From Felis catus (taxonomy: Eukaryota), in contig NC_058368.1 of assembly GCF_018350175.1 (NCBI RefSeq), positions 152,522,001 to 152,586,000 on the forward strand: a stretch of DNA of 64,000 nt, written 5' to 3'. The position numbers and the translations under genes are program-made. Every line of letters begins with the position of its first letter. Positions within the stretch are counted from its first letter, which is position 1. The notes under the pieces were generated by a model that did not search any database, was not told the DNA's origin, and saw only the letters and a list, made by a program, of their open reading frames with translations. Shown here piece by piece: positions 62,005 through 64,000 of this stretch.

Positions 62005-64000
62005 TCAAAATAATATTTTTAAAAGGTTAGGTTTTACAGTGCTCCCTAGTGGTCCTCAGTCTACTAGACTTTCACTTAATGATTTATTTTCTTCTCATCT
62101 TGTATCTACACAATTTGATTTTGCTCCCTAGTGTACCGTTTTGCCTTTGATTCCCCACTCGGCTGTTTCTGGTTTTTGCTTATTTCTCTATTTTGTTAAA
62201 GTCAGTTCGAGTTTTGTTGCTGTTTCTCAAAATCTAGTTGTTCCTGCTACATTTAGTGTTGCTTTTAAATCTAATGAGTATGCTGTAAACCTAATTGGCA
62301 CAATGTTTAATTTAATGCTTTCACTTTACATTTAGTTTGAAACCTGAGCTTACATTTCCAGATGTGTATGTGCTGCAATATAAAAAATGAAAAACTCATA
62401 AATGACCAGATACCCTTTGATCTAGCAGTTTCTCCCCTATTTCAGAAGGGAAAAGTCTTTTGTCGAATGATTTGTGTAAGTAGAGGACGCTGGACAAATG
62501 TATCTAGGGATCTAGATGTCTTACACAGGGAGTCTCTACTTTTTGCTCTTGACATTTTGCCTTTCTGATATTTAGTATAGCCTGAAACAATGACAGATAC
62601 CTCATGTTTGTGCATTATGTGAATCATTTTATACATTGATTTCCTTGAAAACAACTCTTCTCCATGTGTGAGGTTACTTCTAAACACTGGAAATATTAGT
62701 ACATACTGTGTTGTTGTATAGTTGGAATAAAATTGAAATTCCTTGCTGCTGGCAAACTGGCTGTGTTTGATATGGCCTTGCTGGTGTCTCTCTGACTCTT
62801 GCTACCACTGTCCTTCTCGCTCCTTAGCCATCATGGCCTCCTTGTTCTCTCAGGCCTTTTCCTCTGCCAGTTTCCGTGGCTGGAGCCATCTATTCCCAAG
62901 TCTTTGCATGATGACTTCTTAATTTTATCCGGAGCAGTACTCAGATGTGATTTCCTGAGAGGTCCTGTGTGCTTACCCTGTCTAGACCAACTACCTCCAA
63001 CCTCCGTGTATCCTGTCAGTCACACTTTGTTCTACCCAGCCTCACTTTTTTTATGCCAGTTATTGCTACCTCAAATTGCGTATTTCCTCATTGTTTACTT
63101 ATTTCTTGTATTTTTCTCTTCTAGTATGTAAGTTCCCTAAGGGCAAGAAGTTTGACCCGTTCATCATGGTATCTCTTGTTGTCTAGCCATGTCTAGCTTA
63201 TAGTAAGGACCCAATAAATAGCTGTAGAATGAATGAATAAACTCAGAGTGAAATTTTGAAAATGTACCCTGTACGTAGTTCTGATACCAGAAATGTCTTT
63301 TTCTTTTAGAAATGTCTTTCACTACATACCCTGAGACCCCACTTTTTAATAAATATATGTATTTCATGAATATATATATATACATATGTGTGCATGTGTG
63401 TAATTTTATAAAATTGAAGATGTAGATTCAAACTCCCGCTTTGTCATTTACATGGTTTATGAGCTTATAGATTGTTCACGCCTCAGTTTATTTACTGTAA
63501 AAGGGGAAGTACTGATGTTACTTTAACTGGGATCGTGGATGTTGAGTGATGAGGACATCCTGGTCAGAGTAACCACTTGTACATGATAACTGCTACTTTT
63601 AATCTTTTTATTTTTTTATTTTTTTTTTTAATGCTATTTCTCCCACCAATACCACCACTACTAACTGAGGTTACTAGGGGACTAAAGCAGTTACTCTCAT
63701 TTGGGTGCCTTGACTTCTAAAACATGTAATCACAGTCAACAGACTATATAACAAAATACTTGTTGGTGTGGTCAGTAGGAAAATTAAGAATCTTTCCTAC
63801 TGTCTAAAATGAGAGCAAAGTAGGAAATAGGCTAAAAAGTTAAATAGATTACAAAAGCTCAACGTCTTTTCAGTTGATTGTAAAACTTAGTAGCTGGGAA
63901 ATGTAGTTTTTCAATAAAAATGAAATTTTCCAGATTATAGACAAAAAGGATGTTAAGAAACTTATTTTATTAAAAAGGCACGCACACATACACACACATT

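Noticed and set aside
63925..63960. TTTTCCAG|ATTATAGAC as the next POLR3G exon
   Set aside because: Does not encode the expected continuation (DTDYKPVPLK..); the next exon is probably beyond the window.

Overview
Mammalian genomic DNA from a carnivore, almost certainly a felid, judging by the many tRNA-derived CanSINEs of SINEC_Fc type. The window holds the complete two-exon MBLAC2 gene on the minus strand (CDS 52626-52173 + 38890-38505, 279 aa, long 3' UTR to about 35.6 kb). MBLAC2 lies head-to-head across a CpG-island promoter with the 5' part of POLR3G (plus strand; first coding exon 61391-61507). Positions 1 to about 35 kb are repeat-rich intergenic DNA (SINEs, L1, L2, LTRs, DNA transposons) containing three retroposed RNA copies within 7 kb. 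(i) An RPL7A retrocopy has its downstream exons spliced but keeps the 3' part of an intron, including a remnant of the intron-encoded box C/D snoRNA U36 (SNORD36B-like); this is the most unusual item. (ii) An RPS3A retrocopy has a target-site duplication (TSD) about 240 nt past the usual poly(A) signal, recording a longer 3'-UTR isoform. (iii) A short, unidentified mRNA 3'-end retrocopy is nested in an LTR. Other oddities are a ~200-bp non-tandem duplication in POLR3G intron 1, three SINEs stacked at one target site, and a young CpG-retaining solo LTR with tandem enhancer-like repeats. Repeat family names come from recalled consensus sequences, not from a database search.
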